The notes beneath the pieces are model-generated. The model saw only the letters and a program-made list of their open reading frames with translations, was not told where the DNA came from and did not search any database. A stretch of 64,000 bases of DNA from Ptychomitrium polyphyllum (taxonomy: Eukaryota): positions 19,840,001 through 19,904,000 of the forward strand of contig OZ316775.1 in NCBI GenBank assembly GCA_973851085.1, read 5' to 3'. Positions 13,199 to 27,400 of this stretch are shown one piece after another (the first letter of the stretch is position 1; every line of letters begins with the position of its first letter). A program made the position numbers and the translations under genes.

Positions 13199-15262
13199 AT
13201 GCTACCAGAGCTGGCCGGTGATGAAGTGGTTATGAAGGAAGATCTCGGATCTGCAATCAGCAGGAGCCGCCGGTTCTTAAATGCCGGCCTCTCCATATTT
13301 CAATCTAAGCGGTTTACGAGCTCGAGTGCTGCAGAGCATCGTCGAGGCGCAAGCTTGGACTCGTCCGCGACGAGCCTAGGTGGTGGCTCTTTCCACTGGC
13401 AGTACAAGTTCCGGGATGCGCTTCTCTGCGAGCAGCCCCTCAAGTTGACCCAGTGTAAGCAGCCCTCTGTTCGACGGAGAGATGGGATTCACACCGTGGG
13501 GCCTTTGGTCATCGATATCGGAGAGGAATCCAATGCGGTTTGCAATGATCAGCAACAACGCGCGCACCAGACTACCAATGAAATCACATCGTATAGTGAT
13601 GCTAGGAGCGAAGAAAAGGACCAATCGAAGAGAAGAGTTTCTCGATGGATGAGTATCGTGGGCCGATTTAAGGAGAAGAAGAGAGTACGAGAGGAAAGTC
13701 CCTCCCAAGCGAAGGATCATGCCCTCGACGTCCAGAAAAAGGCCCAAGCTTTGCACTTAGGTGAGCGCCAGAAACCACGCTTGAAGAAGGTGGTCGAAGC
13801 TCGCAGAAGCGGCGTGCGATTAGAGCCCCCAGAAGCTCGCAAAGGCACTAAGAAGTACAAATGGGTTTCGTGTGAAGATCTGTCACGTATTTCATCACGA
13901 CGTGAGAGGCCAAAGGAGATTCACTCCAGAAGCAAATACGAGCTAGTGAAGCCGGACTTGGAGCCAGTGCAATTCGCAACGTCGAATTCGTCCCACGGCC
14001 TTGAAGAAGTGATTAGTGCTCCTAGGAAATCCTCCCAACCCCTGACGGACAACGCAGGTGAGCTTGATGACTCACAAACTCGAAAAAAGCTGTTGTTTCT
14101 GCCATCACGCTCTATCGCCAACGACCTTGCACATCACAACACGTGGGTGCTGCAGGAGTGCAAGAACGTGGTCGCACACCTCTGTTGCAAGAAGGGTAAG
14201 GAACAGGGCGTGGTCGCAGCAGAGGCGCGCTTGCTTGCGAAGGATTACCCAACCGCACGGGCAACGCTCGCCACCCTCGGCGCCATCGCCCCACTCGTCT
14301 TGATGCTGGACTCCACGTCCAGTTTCTGCGCACACACTGCCCTCCTGGCACTATACACCCTAGCAATCGGCAACGACCTCAACAAAGCAGCCATCGTCGA
14401 CGCGGAGGCCATCCCTAAAATGCTCATCCTCTTTCAAAAATCCGAACCATATATGCAGGAAGCAGTCGTGGCGAATTTTCTCAGCTTATCCGCCCTCGAC
14501 CGCAACAAGCCCCTGATCGGATCCACCGGCGCCATCTCTCAGCTCCTTCAAGCGCTGAAACTGGGCGGGGACCAAATTCGAAGAGAATCGCTGCGTGCTC
14601 TCTACAACTTATCTTTAGCCCAGTCCAACATTAAACTGTTCGTCGAGGCCGACGCAACGACCTTGATGATGGAGATTTTGAAGACGTGCGACATAAACGC
14701 TAACTCCACAGCTGCAGAAAAGGCGCTTGCGGTGGTGGGCAACATGGTGGCCGCGCCGGTGGGCCGCAAAAGCGTGACTGATATGGCAGAAGCGCTGGAG
14801 ATTCTTGTCGGCGTGTTCAAGTGGGGCGCTCAATTCTCCAAGTGCCAAGAGCGCGCTGCGTACATCCTCATGGTGATCGCACATCACAGCTATGGCCACC
14901 GACAGGCCATGGTGGAGAAGCGAGCTATTCCTGCACTTCTAGAAGTTTCTCTTATGGGGAGCACGTTGGCGCAGAAGCGAGCTGTTCGGATTCTCGAGTG
15001 TCTACGCGAGGATCGTGAGCACGGGCGGCCCATGTCGGCGCCAATGGGGCCTCCTCGCAAATCCAGGTGTTCCGATTCCATCCCCAAAGAGCACGGCGCC
15101 AAGATCGGTGAAGGGAGCATGACTGTCGACCACATGGTGCAGCAGAGCTTGGAGCAGAACTTGCAGCGAATCGTGCGTCGCTCTAAGCTCCCTATCTCCA
15201 TGGATCACATGAGAGCTTCATCACTTTCGGGATGCTCGAGCTCCAAGAGCCTGCTCTTCTGA
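13199..15262 (+). CDS. ARM-repeat protein without U-box (At2g25130/At4g31890-like), single exon, 687 aa
   Basis: ARM motifs ARATLATLGAIAPLV, LALYTLAIGNDLNKAAIVDAEAIPKM, ANFLSLSALDRNKPLIGSTGAI, ALRALYNLS, CQERAAYILMVIAH, ALLEVSLMGSTLAQKRAVRILE. The C-terminus MVQQSLEQNLQRIVRR...SSSKSLLF matches my recollection of this family. About 310 aa of basic, low-complexity N-terminal extension; the start codon is uncertain. Confidence 0.9.
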   Translation: MLPELAGDEVVMKEDLGSAISRSRRFLNAGLSIFQSKRFTSSSAAEHRRGASLDSSATSLGGGSFHWQYKFRDALLCEQPLKLTQCKQPSVRRRDGIHTVGPLVIDIGEESNAVCNDQQQRAHQTTNEITSYSDARSEEKDQSKRRVSRWMSIVGRFKEKKRVREESPSQAKDHALDVQKKAQALHLGERQKPRLKKVVEARRSGVRLEPPEARKGTKKYKWVSCEDLSRISSRRERPKEIHSRSKYELVKPDLEPVQFATSNSSHGLEEVISAPRKSSQPLTDNAGELDDSQTRKKLLFLPSRSIANDLAHHNTWVLQECKNVVAHLCCKKGKEQGVVAAEARLLAKDYPTARATLATLGAIAPLVLMLDSTSSFCAHTALLALYTLAIGNDLNKAAIVDAEAIPKMLILFQKSEPYMQEAVVANFLSLSALDRNKPLIGSTGAISQLLQALKLGGDQIRRESLRALYNLSLAQSNIKLFVEADATTLMMEILKTCDINANSTAAEKALAVVGNMVAAPVGRKSVTDMAEALEILVGVFKWGAQFSKCQERAAYILMVIAHHSYGHRQAMVEKRAIPALLEVSLMGSTLAQKRAVRILECLREDREHGRPMSAPMGPPRKSRCSDSIPKEHGAKIGEGSMTVDHMVQQSLEQNLQRIVRRSKLPISMDHMRASSLSGCSSSKSLLF

Positions 15263-16448
15263 ATAGAATGTATAATGGAAATCCATCCTTTGCTGATCAA
15301 CCGTACGCTAATTACTCTGCTATCAGCTATGTGGCAAATTAGCATTGCTCTCATTTGAATACTATCGACGCCGTTTGTGATATTAATGAAATGCAGGGCC
15401 TTGTGTACAGATTTCTTGCCATTTTTCCTTTTATTCCTGAATCTCAGATGAGCGAATTATGGTTTATAGGACGGTCATTTTGCTGCGTGAGCTCTGCAAT
15501 GAACTCCAGCTTATCATTGTCACTTTCATGTGTGTTTTCCAAAGGAGTCGTTTGTCGTCTATTCAAAAGGTATAATTTCGTTGTTCCATTCAGCAACTGA
15601 TTTATTTTGTGCGTTTCTGCTTCTGTGTGGGCTTCAAGTATTTTAGAGTGCAAAGATCAATGGTGCATCTTACACATTTTTCTGTTTTGTCAGGAGAGCT
15701 TCCAGCACACAGCTCGTTGCGACACTAGAACTGATTCGGATTGCTCTAGATATTGATGTACTATATATGGTTAATTAAGGCAATTTTTTGGTGTTCGTGC
15801 TTCAGAAATTGCAACCTGGTTTGTTAAACTGGTGGACACTTTGAACTTGGGAATGAAGTCACACTGGTTGTTGACAACTTGTTTCAGGCTAAGGTCATGT
15901 TTAGCATGATCTAGCACTTAGACAGTTTCCGATGTCACCATAATCATACGATAGACTATAACAGCTTTGCTTGCTGAAAACTTCCATGAAAAATTATTGT
16001 CGCTATCTCTTTTTATGTTCAGAAGTTGTCTCCAGTACCAGAGATACGAGACTCAAGGGCATATCTGTAAAGTACTCTTCCAGGATTATTGCATTTGGCA
16101 ACCCAGAATTAAAGTAAAGTTCTAGTAACTTTCACGACCTTAAGTAACATACCTTAATACTCACTCGGCCATATTTTTATTCCGCACCTCAGATTTCAAT
16201 GGTATCTGTTTTTTAAATAGTTGCTAGAACTCTGCTTTCTATGGTTTCTGCTCAAATATTTGGTACTTTGCAGGTGCATCTCGTGTAAATGTGCAGATGC
16301 TAATCTTTATCTGCACCTGTAGTGGTAGATTGCAACTACATATTCGTGGAGATCACATCGAACTCACCACTGAGTTTCAGAGTATCAGTGGTTTGATCAG
16401 CCTGGCTGGTGTGGGGATGCAGGAAATTAGAGATGTGATTTATTTCCA

Positions 16449-17210
16449 ATGGGACATCACTTTATGCTTGTTCATGGCTGCCATGGAGCTTGGGAGTGGC
16501 ACAGGCTTGCAGACCGTTTTGGAGAAGGCTGGCCACAAATTTACAGCTCTAGATTTGGCCGACTGCGGTATCATATTGGGCCAAGACCCATTACGATCAC
16601 TGGATTCTCGGAGTACCTGAAACCCCTCACGAATTTTATGGCGTCCCTTCCAGTAGAGAAGGATGATGAAAAGGTTTGACCCCCCGCACCTTCAGTGAGA
16701 TAATCAGCTGGAACCATCACCAGCTGATAGTGCAGTAACCAACTGTTTCAAAATTCATGTTGCAAAAATTATCTTATACTAACAGTAGGGAAAGATTCCA
16801 CTTCTCTTTTCAGGCGCTGTCACCAGTGAAGATCATGAGGCTTCTTTTCCACATAGATCTCCAATAACTCAGATACTTAATCCTATACGAAATCTTTTTC
16901 TTAGATCGGCACAATTGCGATTCGTCACCTCATTGCTAAATGCCTAGCCAGCATAGGGAGATCCATGCCGCACAGCAAAGGCCTCGATGTAAAAATTTAT
17001 ACGTATAGTAATTGCTGATGAAGGAAGCTCTATTAAAATTTACTGATGCTACTTTCAGAAAATGCTGATTGGCCACAGCTTAATGGGTTATATCAAAGTA
17101 CGAAACTATGGAAAGTTTTCTGAAAAAGTTGGACTAGCCATTTCCATATTGTCCATGCTGTGCTCAGTGGAATGAAGATCCCAGAATTTCCACCTATGCA
17201 AGAATATCCG
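16449..17210 (+). pseudogene. Methylesterase (MES/SABP2-type alpha/beta hydrolase) pseudogene, two exons
   Basis: Exon 1 (16449-16673) reads HFMLVHG-CHGAWEW, one residue short of HFVLVHGACHGAWCW. LEKAGHKFTALDL lies in a shifted frame, then FSEYLKPL returns to the first frame. Exon 2 (17059-17210) has LIGHSLMG (nucleophile elbow, normally GHSxGG) and FSEKVGLAI, then an in-frame TGA at 17173-17175. No exon carrying the catalytic Asp/His was found. Confidence 0.85.
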
Positions 17211-20200
17211 GTAAGAAATGTTTCACCGTCTCTCAGCAATGCATCAGCCTGTTACTGGACAACGCTGAAACCACTTACGTGTTGAATGTGAGACACATAA
17301 TGCTACTGGACCATGCCGTAGAAAGCTTCATGGCACTCTTTCGAACAGGTTAATATAAGCTATGTGAACATCAGAATGCACTTTGTAGCTCTTATCTAAG
17401 CTATTGAGTATTTTTTCTAATGATCCAGTAAGTTGTCCCATCCCTCACATCAAGTACAATTTTTCTACAATCTAAATAGGAAGGCAGGATATATTTTGGT
17501 TTCTAAGAATCAGTGATCTAAGGATTGCTAAATGTCCAATGTTAACACCAAGTTGCTATTTAACATAATGGTAGAGTTATTTTATTTTTTGGCAATAATG
17601 CAACCATTCCAATTTCGTAGGACCTAAACAAATTTGCATGATAAAGCAACAAGAAATGTTGACTAAAAGTATAAGACTTATTTTGGCTTGTAAGATGGAA
17701 GGGTTCAAATGCAAAGTCCTTATTGTGGTTGAATGTCAAAGTTTTCCAATATGACATTAATTGGTGTAGATGTGCTCTTCATTCAGTGCATATATCATTT
17801 TTCTTGACAATTGACAACCTTGTGGCCAAATATTCTACAATATAAAAACAAGCATTCATAACAACAACAATTATCTTCCTATTCAAAGAGAGGCTTGAAG
17901 CAAACCGCATTAATTTGCATTTAATCAACTTCCATTTGCATATTGGAAATAGATGACATTGAAGCTACTAGGTAGTTGGTCTAAGGCTTCTTCATTCCAA
18001 TTGATGTCACACTTTAATTAACAAAAGTCTAATGCATATGTTATGTTGAATGTATTTTTTTTTGCAATGTTCAAATTTTAATTGTTGTTAAGCAAACCTT
18101 ATCATAAAACCAAATTCTCTTGCAAATGCTCTCAAAAAAACATCTACCATCAAAATTTTCTTGAAGGTTGATTCTTAATTCTTTAACTGTTGCTTTGCTA
18201 CTTTAAAAGAATGGTCTAGTCAATTGAATCTTAGCAAGTGTTGATGTTTGTAGCATAAAGGCTTTCAAGACTTTTTTGTACTTGTTAAAACAATATTGAT
18301 CCTTGATAATTATAAAATATCAAATATAATTCCTATACTACTTTGATATTGCCTCCAATATGATTTTGAAGTCTTCAAGAGCATCTATGATTCAAAATCA
18401 ACATTGAATCTAAATTTATGGCTTCTTTAATTTTAGCTATACTAATAAAAGATAAGATTTTATATATGCAAAACTTCATAAGAAGTTGAGATGGAAAAAA
18501 TTACAAATTTAGAAGGATAATTTATGTTTTAAACAAAGTAATGACAAGGCAAGGCTTTAAGACTCTAGGATATGGAAGAAAGGATGTTTAAGGTATATTA
18601 TAAGAAAAGAGCTATAATAAGATACAAAAGATATAATTGGGGGCTTTGGGCTAAATTACAAGAAATGTGTTGTTGAAATTGAAGATCTCTTCATACTTGA
18701 CTTCTATATATACTAAGATTGCAAACTTTAAAAAAAATTTAAGAAGCTTTTAATACAATGTTTTGTATTTAAGCAACTTCAAATTGCTTCCATAGAAGTT
18801 TCATTTTAGCCACGTAACTTCTTAGAGGCTTCTTTGGCCAAGGTAACTTTTTTAGAGGCTTCTTTAATCTTCTTAAACCTTTTAAAAAGCTTTCTAAATG
18901 CTTATAATTTGAATATCCAAAACAATCTACAACTTTTAAGGCACTTCAATGTTTTTAAACAAAAGAACAATTCAAGTTCTACTTAAAAAAAATCAAGTTC
19001 TCATATTGTTTGTTAATAGTCTCAATAAATTCGTATAAATAGAATTATAAGACAAATATTCAAGAGAAAAAGATGGAATAATAATATTACATATCAAAAA
19101 TCCAAAATCATGACAAGGTACAATGCCAGAAAGTTTGAGCTAAACCACAATACATGTGTTATTAAGATTAATAATTCCTTTAGCCTTGATTCTTATATAT
19201 ATACTATTGATCTGAAATTCCTTTGAAGCTTCTTAGAAAGCTATCAATATAGCGGTTTGTGTTCAAGCAACTTCAATTTGTTTTTGGAAGCTTTTTTAAT
19301 TTGTTGAAATATTCTAAAATCAAAGTAGCTTCTTCAAGAATTTCTTGGAGATGCCTAGACCTTTTAAAAATACTCCTAGACTTCTTTGGATCTTTGAAGA
19401 TTTTTTGGACGCTTCTAATATATGTTCGTGACAAAAAATATGTATTAATTATTACGACTTCAATAAAATAGCTATGAAGAATTGATAGTCATTGCTATAA
19501 ATATTTGGACTTTTTAATTAATTTGGTTAAGCAAAAACTTGTATAAAAATAGATTTGCAAGGGGCCTATAATTTGGTACGCATCACGAAATGTGACTAAT
19601 GGAAGACAATGTTGTAATAAAAGAATTTGCCTTGAAAAAGCATTGGGCCTTTGTATGTTGCATGTTACTAACTATTCAACAAAAAAATAAGATGATGAAA
19701 CATAAATATCTATATTAATAATTTTTATCAAGTCAAGGAATTATTATAAATATCAATCCATGTATTTATTCAAAATTCCCAATTTTATATTAAATTTGAG
19801 CATTCATCTTAACTTCTCATTTTCCTTTATTTGATATAATTATCCTCTTGAATCTATATTTATTAATATAAACATATTAAAAAAATAGATTTAAAAACAC
19901 TTCTTTTTATTTTACTAAACTCTTCCTCCATAAAATCTTTAGCCTTGGCCCTTAACTTGTTTTTCTTCTTTAAAAAGCTGAAGGATCTGTTAATGTCCAT
20001 TTAACTTTCCATTTGCATTGTTGGTACTTTTCCGTATTCACACTTACTTCCTTCCTTAGACCAGCTTTTACTAATTTTAAATTTATTCATTTTAAGTGTT
20101 GTAATTTTTTACAAAACAACAATAGCATTTAAATAAAGTATTGGTATTTTGAATATAATGTCATGGCTTTTGACTTATCAATACACCAATCATATTCTAA

Positions 20201-23200
20201 TATCTAATAAACATTATCTTTCATGAGTACCTTAATGGCTATATTATATGTTATTTGGACAAATCTTGATTTATTTAAAGAATCCATAAGAGCATAAATG
20301 ATACATTTGGCTTGTTTTGCAAAAGTTAGAAGATGTTGAATTCACACCAAGCAAAATAAGTATGTCTTCTATAAGCTTCAAATATAATTCTTTGGCTGCA
20401 TTATTTATGATAAAAATTTATCAATGAATCTAAAGAACATCAATGTCGTTAACAATTTGATAATTTCAAAAATAATATATAACATTTAATGCTTTGTTAG
20501 ATTTGCAGACTTTTACAAGATCATTAAGTACTATTCCAATTTAGTTGTTCCATCCACATGGCTAACTTACCGAAAAAAACTAGAGTAGGAAATCAAAGAA
20601 AAAAAATAAAAAATAAAGCTTGAAGGTAGCCTTTTAGCTTTTATAACAGCTTCCATTTTTATACATCCAAATTTTAATGAACTATTCTTTATGAAAACCA
20701 ATGCCTCAAACTTTGCCTTAGAAGGAGAAAGATGGCTTCATTTGGTTGTTTGCATTTTAAAAATTCTCAGCTGCAAAGATTAATTATGAAATTTCTCAAC
20801 TTTGGCAAATACTTGTGCTAACATTGTCTTATTAATGTAGTTAAAATGATCCTTAGTGTAGCCAAATTTAAAAGCCATTTGTCAATCTTGAACAATGATG
20901 TTTTAATAAAATGGCTTTCAACAAATACACCTCTAAATTCTATTGCAATCCATGGCAAATGGATATAAATAGTACGTGAGTTTGTCTTTATTTTCAAATT
21001 GGAAATACATTTTTATTTTAAATATACATATTTTTAGAACCAATATTTATTTATATTTTTAAGTTTATGAAGAGATATAATTGAACAAAGAATAAAATTT
21101 TGTATTGCTACCTTAATAACCTTTAAACACACAAAAAGTCCAAATGCAATATTCAAATATAGTAATTGAAAGAAGATATTAATATCATAATTTGAAGTTG
21201 TAAAAGAATTTTTAATACATTCAAAATATTCCAATTTGAATTTGTTATGCATTTAGAGGTTAAATGACTACTAACACATTATATAATGCATTTAATGAAT
21301 ACATTCCAAATTGCACCTTATAGCAATTCATTCTAAAAGCTGAAGACATTAACCATGTAAAAATTTAGATTTTATCATTTCAATATCTTTCATGTTTCTT
21401 CCACCACTATAATTAGCACCAATACTAAAGAGTAGGACACTATACTTGGCATTCTTTCATGCCATCTATTCAACCTCCAATTGCAAATTATAAGCAAGCT
21501 TTTGTTGAATAATAATAAAGCATATATAGAAATGAAGGATAAACAATTTACAATAATTTTAAATTATTTTTGATATCTAATTATAATCAATTCTTGATCT
21601 TTTGATTTAATATAGTAGCTTCTTTATATAACTAAAAATACAAATTTTTATGTCTACATTTAACACCCATTTTCCTTTATATATTTAAATATTATAAATA
21701 ACTAATAATTAACCGCTTTTAAGATCCTTTAGTATTTATATCACATTTATAGATTAAAGTGTCCATCCATTTAGCACTAGCAATAGTATAAAAATGATCT
21801 TTAATGACCATGCAATCATTCAATAACATCTTAAAAAATAAACGGATCTTAAAACCATGCAAGTTGTAAACAACCATATTAACTTATTGTTATTGTATTT
21901 TTATATTAGCAAGTTATTCTATATATAAGTACTTCATCTTGTACAATTTCAAAAAGATTTTTATTTTAAAAAAATTTAAAAGTTAATATATATTTTATTT
22001 TATTTTATATTTTAAATCATAGATAATTCATTTAATGAATATCAATTTTTGGAAGAATTTTAATACATGAGCTACAATATATTGTTTAAAAAGCATAATA
22101 GCTAATATGACCTAATGTCCAAATTATAGAACTCTTCTCTATCTTAGCAAAATCACCATCTATTTAAGGTTTCATGCAACTTAGGTTATCATGTTTTGTC
22201 TATGTATAGGATTAAAAGTCACAATTGTTTGCCATAAAAACACCATTGTAAATCATTAATTTAACTTCTAAATCTTCAACAATTATAAATCAAAGCCAAA
22301 ATGTAATGCCATATGTGATTTTTGTATTTTGATGAAGTAAATTTCTATAAATGAATAGAAATTATGATGTGTAGAATTTATTCATAAAGCTAAATTTCCA
22401 AAAATATTTTAACATCTTTATTTAATGAAAATACAAAAGAATTAACTTTTTAATACATTTTTAAAAATTAAGGCAATTCAAAAATCTTCTACTACAACAA
22501 AATTTTCAAAGTTGATTTTTATTTGGCTTGACATAGTTCAAATAAGTTTGAAAATTAGACTTGATTATTAATAGATTTTTCCAAGTTTTCAAAAAAATAT
22601 TTAATTTAATTTAAATAACTTCTAAGGAAAGCATAATGGCTTTTTAAAGCAAAATTTTGAATTGCGGAATTTAAACATCAATAATACCTTTGGCACATTT
22701 CAATTGAATAGTGTGCAATATTAAGAATTTCTTTGTAGAATTTAATTTGAAGATGAATTAGTTATTGATTTTTTAAGGTTTTCATTTCACTTATCATAAA
22801 CACATATGTTATACTTTGAATTTAGAAATTTTTAATTTTTAATTTGGACTTAATCATTTTTTCCAATATTTAAACAAATGCTTAGACATCTTATACTTGT
22901 TATTATTTATCATGAATGCAATTATTTAAATGACAAAGTTGATCCTATTTCAAAATCAAATAATAAAAAATCCAAAATCATTAGATCAAATTAAAAACCA
23001 CATAATATTTTTATTAAGCTTTAACTTTTGAATATAAAATGACATTTAATAAATAAGAAAATGCTTTTATTTCAATGGAATTAGTTTTTTTATGTATTGG
23101 CACTGCCAAAAAAGTTGACACTATGAAAGTTTTTCAATTGGAAGAATTTAATATAAGGACATGGTTTCATTATAACATATATTCTAAAATTATCAATTTT

Positions 23201-24450
23201 TGAATATTTTTTAAAAAATATTAAACATATAAGATTTAATGTGATTTATTTACCAATAAAAACTTTTATCAAAATCAATTTCCATATCCATTCAGTGAAG
23301 TTGTTTATGATGTTAAAATTTTCCTTTGAATTTTTCATAGAAGACCACTCTCAAGAACATGAAATAGTTACCAATGTTAAAAAATTGCAACTTTTCATTA
23401 ACTTGATAGGCTTATCATGTGAAAAAATTATAGTGACAAGTTTAAGATAATTTATTGCATTCTAATATTGTTGAATTTGAAAAACTTACAAAATTAATAT
23501 TTTGGTATATGTAACATTTTAAAGTTATTGAAATTAAAATGAAGAAAATAAGTTAAATACAAAAGGCAATATATACAAGAACTCAAAAGATTTGAAAATC
23601 AACAATTTTATACAAAACAACAAATGCAAGTGCGGCCATGAAAGAGTCACTTCAATGACAAGCAAACATATAGGTGAGATACAAAACAAATTTAATTTGG
23701 GTTCTTTCTATTTCCAAGCTAAATTGTACTTATGTGTTTCCATCATCATGTATTTAGGCAACTTTCTTGGTACTAAGAAATTTCTTGATCATTGTGCAAA
23801 TGTAAAAGGAGCCTCTTAAAATACTAAAATCATTTTAATAATATTAAAATTTAAATAAAAGTTTTAAATAAACTAATTGTATGAATGTATCTTTTATAAT
23901 ATGTAAATTTTCTACAATGTTCATAAAAACTTTATGAATAATTAATTTCAATTAAATACATGTAATATTATTTATATTTATTAAATATGCACCTAATTTA
24001 TAAAAAATACTAATAAAAATTTAAAAATCCTAATTTGAATGATTCAAAATTGAGTGGATTAAATTTTGCAATTCTAAAGTTGTTTGATAGAAAAGAAAGG
24101 TGGTTTTTTATATGTAATTTATATTAATAAAGTGTAAAAGACACATATGTTTTATTTAATTATATGATTTTCATATTGATTCTATGAGTGATATTAATAT
24201 GATAATCATGGTGCATGTAGTATATCAAATTCAAGTTAAAATAAATTAGTCTATCGTATACCTCTGATTGTTATATGTAACATATGTAAGTTAGGTTCTT
24301 AGTGATATGTAATTTTTAAATTGTATTAATTTAAACATTCTTAAATTAAAAATTTGTTTCAACATGATCAATCATTCAATCATTTTTTTTTACAAAAATC
24401 ATTATCTTTTGCACTATAAAAAGAATTAATTTCACAAATATTTTAATACT

Positions 24451-27400
24451 TCAAACACCTTGTAAGTAAAAAATCCACATCCAAGGTCCATAGGTTGGAC
24501 AAGTAACTATCAATTTTCCATTGGAAGGAGAACCAGCTATAGTTTTATAAGTAATTCCAATTTTGGTTGGTTTTTTTGGTGTCATCTTTTCCCCTTTACC
24601 CACTGTGAATGCAGGATTATCTGTTACATAAACATATTCAACTGCATCATAAAAAACATTTCTAAAATTCACATTTCCTTTGCCACCCACACAAATAATA
24701 GGTCCTTGTGGAATTGGATTATGACAACTGCCATATAATTTTACAGTGTATGTGCCACCTGTTGCATTTGTGACCATCATCATTCCATTGGCACCATGTG
24801 CTATTGCCCAAGGTTCATAAATTATTGGTACTTCCACTGTTAAGCCATCAAGATCTGCTGGATTTGCATCTACAGTTGGTTTTTCAATGATGAATCCAGC
24901 TGCAATAGTTTCTGGTGCCAATGTGCAAGAATATTGAACCTTTGCAGCAAGGTAATGTACAAATTGAAATTTTTGCGCATGTCGATTTCCAAGGTTTACA
25001 TCAAAGTACAATGGTGGTTCTGGTCCAGCTTGAACTGCTCTAAGCTTAAGTTCATGAGAAAAATCTCCTAACGCTTCACTATTAAGTGTTAAAATAGCTG
25101 ATCTATCACATACAAGAATTAAACGAACTTCAATATCAATAGCACCAGTTTCATATGGTTGAATTTCTAGGTTACTTGGAACCCGTACCTGTAGGTAATA
25201 CAGTGATATCTTTGTTATTATTTTGTTTAAAAGTATTTAAACAAACAAAAAAAACATAAAAAATCTTTACAAATATTAAGCATTACTTCAAACATTAATA
25301 ACTTTAAAAACAAGACTTTGTTATTTGAAAATACTTTTGAAATTTTAACATGGACCTCTAAACAAATTAATGGTAATTTTAATGTTAACTTTGTACTACA
25401 TTTGCAATTTTAAATATCAATGTTGCAAAAGAACTGTTAAGTTTTAGAAAATAAAAAAATTTGATTTACCTCAGGATCATCACATTTTACAGTAAAATTC
25501 AACATTATTTCTAAAGGATTTGTAAAATGAAGTGTGTGCACGCGAAGTTCTCTGGTAATTGTATAAAATGGGATAATTGAACAAATATCAGCATCTTTAA
25601 CATTAAAAGTAAGATCAAACCATGCAAATTCTCTAGTTTTGCTGTTTAGAAACTTTGGTTTGACTGGATATACTCCAGGCTTATGAGCCATAAACCATAG
25701 TGTTACATTTCTTGGTGCTAATCCTGGTACATCAACAATTGGAGGACCTTCTAACGTGGTTGGTGGTGCATATCCAGGTTCTATTGGCATACTGATAATA
25801 AGTCTCATTTGCTGTGCCAACTTCACCCAGTTTAATATTGTCAAGACTATATCTATTTTATGTCTAGATTTTGCTTCATATGTAAAAATGCCTTCTGGTA
25901 AAGGATCAAGTGCTACTCCAATTAATCCATAGAATAATGCATTTCCATCTGGAACAGAAAACAAAATTGACCCTTCATGTTGTGGTTCATTAGGAGGCCC
26001 AGTCATCATCATTGGTTTATACGTTACTTCATATTCAACTGTTTCACCTGGTGGAATTGTTATCATTCCAGTTCCAGAAAAATATTTGTGAATGATTTTT
26101 GGATACAAATTCCAAGGTTTGTTGGTTATATTTACAATTGGAATTGTTTTGTTAACAGAACTCCGAACTGGACATTCAAAATTATAATTTTCTGGAAGGC
26201 CCTTTTCAATGCATGCTCCAGTTATAGTGAGATATAGTGTTTGACCACCAACAACTGTACATCCAATTCTTTCAAGTCGGATATCATGTAAGATAGAAGA
26301 TGGGTGGAATGTTACATCTATATTTGCAACTTGATGTGGGCCTAAAAACCCATCCTGTGGATAAAATGTTAGTTCTGAAACCCAAGTATCAGTATCCCAT
26401 GTGAATAAAGAACCAAGTTCACCAACATTTTCAACCTGTAAAATACCACTTCATGTATGGATATTAGTACTGGTCTACATTAAATCAATTAACAAATTAA
26501 TGATGATTTGGTATAGAAAAGTTGTGCTAATTAAAAAAATCACCCTTAATTGTAAAGAAAATATTACAAGCATTTAATGTTGCGTCAATCAATTTGTCAT
26601 TACATGACAAACTACCATCAAATGAATTCTAAATCATGTTTGGTACAATTACCTGCATACGCATTGTTTTTTTTGAACCCAGAACTATGGTGCCAAAATG
26701 GAGAACATATGTGTTTAAAATGAAATCAGTTCCAATTCCCATTCCGTTTAATGAAAATAATACAATCTCAACACCTGACATGTCCATGGGCACAATCTCT
26801 GAAAATTCAGGTACTCGTTGCTTTGGAGCAAATACTACTTCACATACTCCGATCTGCAAATTTCAAATTATATGATGAATTCAATATATCAGTTTTAAAG
26901 CAGTTTAATAATTTAATATCAAATTCATACAAAAAATAATTTGATATCAAAATTATATACATGATTATAGTTTTTTTTTAAAACATTTGCAACATACTTT
27001 ATTCATGCATTCAAACTATTATTCATTAAATGAATTTCATAGATAAATTAAATAAAAGAATCTTACTTGATGAGGCTTTAAACGAAGACCATCGGAGGGA
27101 AATAATTCAATATCATTAGAATTTAAAATTTGTTGACTTGGTTCAAAAGAAATAGGTAGTAACGCCTCACTTTTATTGATAATAGCAACCTAAACATTGT
27201 ATAGATTATTTTCAAAGTTGTAAGTTTTATAATAAATAAAGAAAGTACATTGTTACAATAAAATAGAAAATCTAATTCTTCTTTTTATTAAATAGTGAAG
27301 ATATACATTGAATTATCATTGTTAATGAAGGACTAAATATGATTAAATTAAAAAACATTAAATATTTCATTTTGATGATTATACATATATTAGAACACTT

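Noticed and set aside
13376..15208. Many antisense and alternate-frame ORFs over the ARM gene
   Set aside because: Expected shadows of GC-rich coding sequence; no recognisable motifs.
17560..21000. Possible decayed hAT-like DNA transposon (faint NNAA and DG-like motifs near 20300-20950; short direct repeats at 18814-18865)
   Set aside because: Too degenerate; no terminal inverted repeats, target-site duplication or continuous reading frame. A translated search against transposases would decide.
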